A stretch of 64,000 nucleotides of DNA from contig CAWABB010000008.1 in NCBI GenBank assembly GCA_963780165.1, forward strand, positions 6,451-70,450, in the 5' to 3' direction. The stretch's first letter is position 1. Every line of letters begins with the position of its first letter. A model generated the notes under the pieces. It was not told where the DNA came from. It ran no database searches and was given only the letters and a program-made list of their open reading frames with translations. The DNA is from an uncultured Ignavibacteria bacterium. GTDB taxonomy: Bacteria > Bacteroidota > Ignavibacteria > UBA10030 > UBA6906. The translations under genes were made by a program, and so were the position numbers. Positions 61,931-64,000 of the stretch are shown in pieces.

Positions 61931-63886
61931 ATGCCGCCCACCCTTTCGCGCGGAAAGCGGATCGTCTTCAGCATCGTCCCGGTCGCCGTGCTGCTCCTGG
62001 CGCTGGTGACGGCAGAGCTTGTTGTGCGGCGCACGTCTCCCTCCGCAAGCTCGCCCCTCGTCGTCACCGGGACCTACGACGGCATCGAGTGGTACATCGT
62101 CAACCGGGCCCACCTGAAGAAGTACTTTCCCTCGTCAAGCCCTCTGATCCCTGAGCTGAAACCGTCGCTGTTCCGTGCCAGGAAGCTCCCCGGCGCCCTT
62201 CGGGTCTTCTGCATCGGGAGCTCGTCGATGTACGGGACACCCTACGACATGACTGCGAACATCCCCGGGATCGTGCGCAAACAGCTGAGGCATCTGGCGC
62301 CCGACCGCGAGATCGAGGTCGTGAATTTCGGGGCATCGGCGATCAACAGCAACGTGATCGCCGACCTCGCTCACGAGATGGTCGAATATCAGCCGGACGT
62401 CGTCCTCGTCTACATGGGACACAACGAGTTCTACGGGCCGGATGGAGTGGGGGCGTCGTGGCTCGAAAAGAACTTCCCTTTCCTGACGGAGTGGAAGTAC
62501 GAGCTTCGGGGGCTCAGGCTTGTTGAGCTCCTGCAGGACTGGCTCAGGACGACGAGGACGCAGGACGCATCCGACCGGAACTTGATGCGCGAGGTGTCGC
62601 AGGGCAGCCTGGTTGGGCTGGATTCCCCGGACGCACGCCGTGTGTTTGACATGTACGAGCGCAACCTGCGCGACATCACCCGGACGTTCAGGGAGCGCGG
62701 TGTCCCGGTCATCCTCAGCGAGATCAGCTCGAATCTGACGTTCCCACCGTTCGTGTCGGACAGCGTGACGTCAATTCCGGCCTGGTCGGCGTTCAGAGAT
62801 TCGGTGGAGTCGCTCCTGGCCGGGGAGAAGTTCCGGGATGTGCTCGCCCGCGTCGAAGCCCTCGGCGTCTCTGGCCGGGGATGCGCCATCGTCCACTACT
62901 GGAAAGGAATCGCGCTTCAGGGGCTTGGCAGGAACTCGGAAGCGAAGATCGAACTCGAGTCGGCCCGGGATCTCGATCTGCTGAAGTTCCGCGCCCCGGG
63001 AGAGATCAACGTGCGCCTCCGGGAGATTGCTCTGGCCGACGGGATCCCGGTGATTGCGAGCGATTCCCTGCTGGCGTCCATCAGTCCCGGTGGAATCCCG
63101 GGGGACAATGTCTTCTGGGAACACCTCCATCCAAACGCATTCGGATACTACGAGATTGCCGGCATGTTTGTCGGGGAGATCGGAGCGATGGGACTTCTCG
63201 GGCCGGGCGCGGCGTCTCCGTCGTTGCTGCCCTTCGTTCCTGATACGCTCGGCATATGCTGGCTCGACCTTGCGTATGCCGATCTTGCCATTCAGCACCT
63301 GACCGGCCGCTGGCCGTTCGAGCACTATCGTCGTGAGCCGGTTGTCCTGAAATCATCCGACCAGGTGCTGGTGAAGATAGCGCGGGACGTGTACGCACGG
63401 ACCATGCGGTGGGACGACGGCGCATACAAGACCGCATCGTATTTCTGGTCGCAGGGGAAATTCCGGGAAGCGCGCACAACGTACCAGGCGCTGCTTGACG
63501 AGTACCCGTACAATTTCTATCCGAACTACCTGATGGGCAGCCTGCTGAATCAGCGGGGAGACAGGCAGGGGGCCCTGCAGTTCTACCGGCGATCGATCGC
63601 TTCGAACCCGGGCTTCCCTCGATCCCGGCTGGACCTGGGGCTGATCATGGTGAACGAGGGGAAGTCCCAGGATGCGGTGAACGACCTGAATGCGGTTCTC
63701 GCAATGCCGGATGTTGCAGGAATGAAGGACGTTCGGGCAATGGCGCACTACGGGCTGGCGGCTGCGAAGGCCAACATGGGGGATTTGCCGTCGGCGCTGA
63801 CGGAAGTCGAACGTTCGCTCGCGCTCGCCCCCCGATCTGCGGATGCACTCGCGTTGCGATCGAAGCTTCAGAGCGCGTTAAGGTAA
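61931..63886 (+). CDS. Membrane-anchored SGNH/GDSL-type hydrolase domain fused to C-terminal TPR repeats
   Basis: N-terminal TM helix (IVFSIVPVAVLLLALVTAELV), block I FCIGSSSMYG, GHNEFYG, block V WEHLHPN, then TPR-like repeats (YFWSQGKFREARTTYQALLDEYP...). Confidence 0.6.
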   Translation: MPPTLSRGKRIVFSIVPVAVLLLALVTAELVVRRTSPSASSPLVVTGTYDGIEWYIVNRAHLKKYFPSSSPLIPELKPSLFRARKLPGALRVFCIGSSSMYGTPYDMTANIPGIVRKQLRHLAPDREIEVVNFGASAINSNVIADLAHEMVEYQPDVVLVYMGHNEFYGPDGVGASWLEKNFPFLTEWKYELRGLRLVELLQDWLRTTRTQDASDRNLMREVSQGSLVGLDSPDARRVFDMYERNLRDITRTFRERGVPVILSEISSNLTFPPFVSDSVTSIPAWSAFRDSVESLLAGEKFRDVLARVEALGVSGRGCAIVHYWKGIALQGLGRNSEAKIELESARDLDLLKFRAPGEINVRLREIALADGIPVIASDSLLASISPGGIPGDNVFWEHLHPNAFGYYEIAGMFVGEIGAMGLLGPGAASPSLLPFVPDTLGICWLDLAYADLAIQHLTGRWPFEHYRREPVVLKSSDQVLVKIARDVYARTMRWDDGAYKTASYFWSQGKFREARTTYQALLDEYPYNFYPNYLMGSLLNQRGDRQGALQFYRRSIASNPGFPRSRLDLGLIMVNEGKSQDAVNDLNAVLAMPDVAGMKDVRAMAHYGLAAAKANMGDLPSALTEVERSLALAPRSADALALRSKLQSALR

Positions 63887-64000
63887 ACCCGCATCACCCG
63901 GCGTGGCGAGGACGATTTCGCCGTTGAACGCCTGTGCGTGAATTCCCCCTGCTCCGGCCTGCCGGGGGGCCAGGCGCTGCGCACCTTCTTCCCCGGGGAA
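63878..64000 (-). CDS. 3-prime end of an unidentified minus-strand CDS (partial, enters from downstream)
   Basis: The minus-strand frame is open from 64000 to a TAA at 63878-63880 (...GGIHAQAFNGEIVLATPGDAGLP*). It would overlap the convergent gene end by 9 nt. Weak support only. Confidence 0.25.
   Translation of the reverse strand, partial: FPGEEGAQRLAPRQAGAGGIHAQAFNGEIVLATPGDAGLP

Noticed and set aside
1-64000. Search by eye for rRNA, tRNA, CRISPR repeats, IS elements, integrases, toxin-antitoxin pairs, restriction-modification or other defence genes
   Set aside because: I saw no direct-repeat arrays, no GGTTCGAATCC-type tRNA arms in the spacers, and no transposase, integrase, nuclease or methylase motifs in any substantial ORF. 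The window looks like core or accessory metabolic and signalling DNA rather than a mobile or defence island.

Overview
GC-rich, very densely coding bacterial chromosomal segment with about 47 protein-coding genes, many joined by 1-4 nt start/stop overlaps (ATGA, GTGA, TAATG). I recognised no rRNA, tRNA, CRISPR array, transposase, integrase or phage gene. Three proteins end in Bacteroidota-style type IX secretion (T9SS) C-terminal sorting domains and a PorV-like porin is present, so a high-GC member of the FCB superphylum is the likely source (inference only). Layout: (i) 0.1-3.5 kb: secreted M64 peptidase and two hypothetical envelope proteins. (ii) 3.6-5.9 kb: operon of REC, PEBP, sensor-less histidine kinase and LuxR regulator. 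(iii) 5.9-23.6 kb, all minus strand and the most unusual part of the window: TAT FeS protein, NrfD-like membrane protein, 13-haem cytochrome c, a sensor kinase with haem-c motifs, two REC-GcvH-like fusion proteins, then three glutamate dehydrogenase genes interleaved with two ~1000-aa pseudoREC-REC-PPDK_N (ATP-grasp) paralogues and a 70-aa zinc-ribbon ORF. (iv) 24-31.2 kb, plus strand: five signalling genes (paralogous haem-motif kinase, NtrC-type sigma-54 activator, multi-TM GAF kinase, REC-class III cyclase, OmpR regulator). (v) 31.2-37 kb, minus strand: operon of UbiA prenyltransferase, lipid-kinase-like protein, AIR-synthase-like protein, alpha-oxoamine synthase and B12 radical SAM enzyme. 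(vi) 37.2-46.4 kb: T9SS M14 carboxypeptidase, ECF sigma/anti-sigma pair, DUF4139-like protein, and a TonB-C protein with a large repeat-containing cytoplasmic domain plus a small paralogue. (vii) 46.4-60 kb: orphan sugar-type ABC ATPase, then LacI regulator, TonB-dependent receptor, a ~1290-aa secreted protein interrupted by two frameshifts, a PorV-like porin and a T9SS BNR/CBM-like protein. (viii) 60-64 kb: SurA-like chaperone and an SGNH-TPR protein. All family calls rest on motifs read by eye from the translations; no database search was run.
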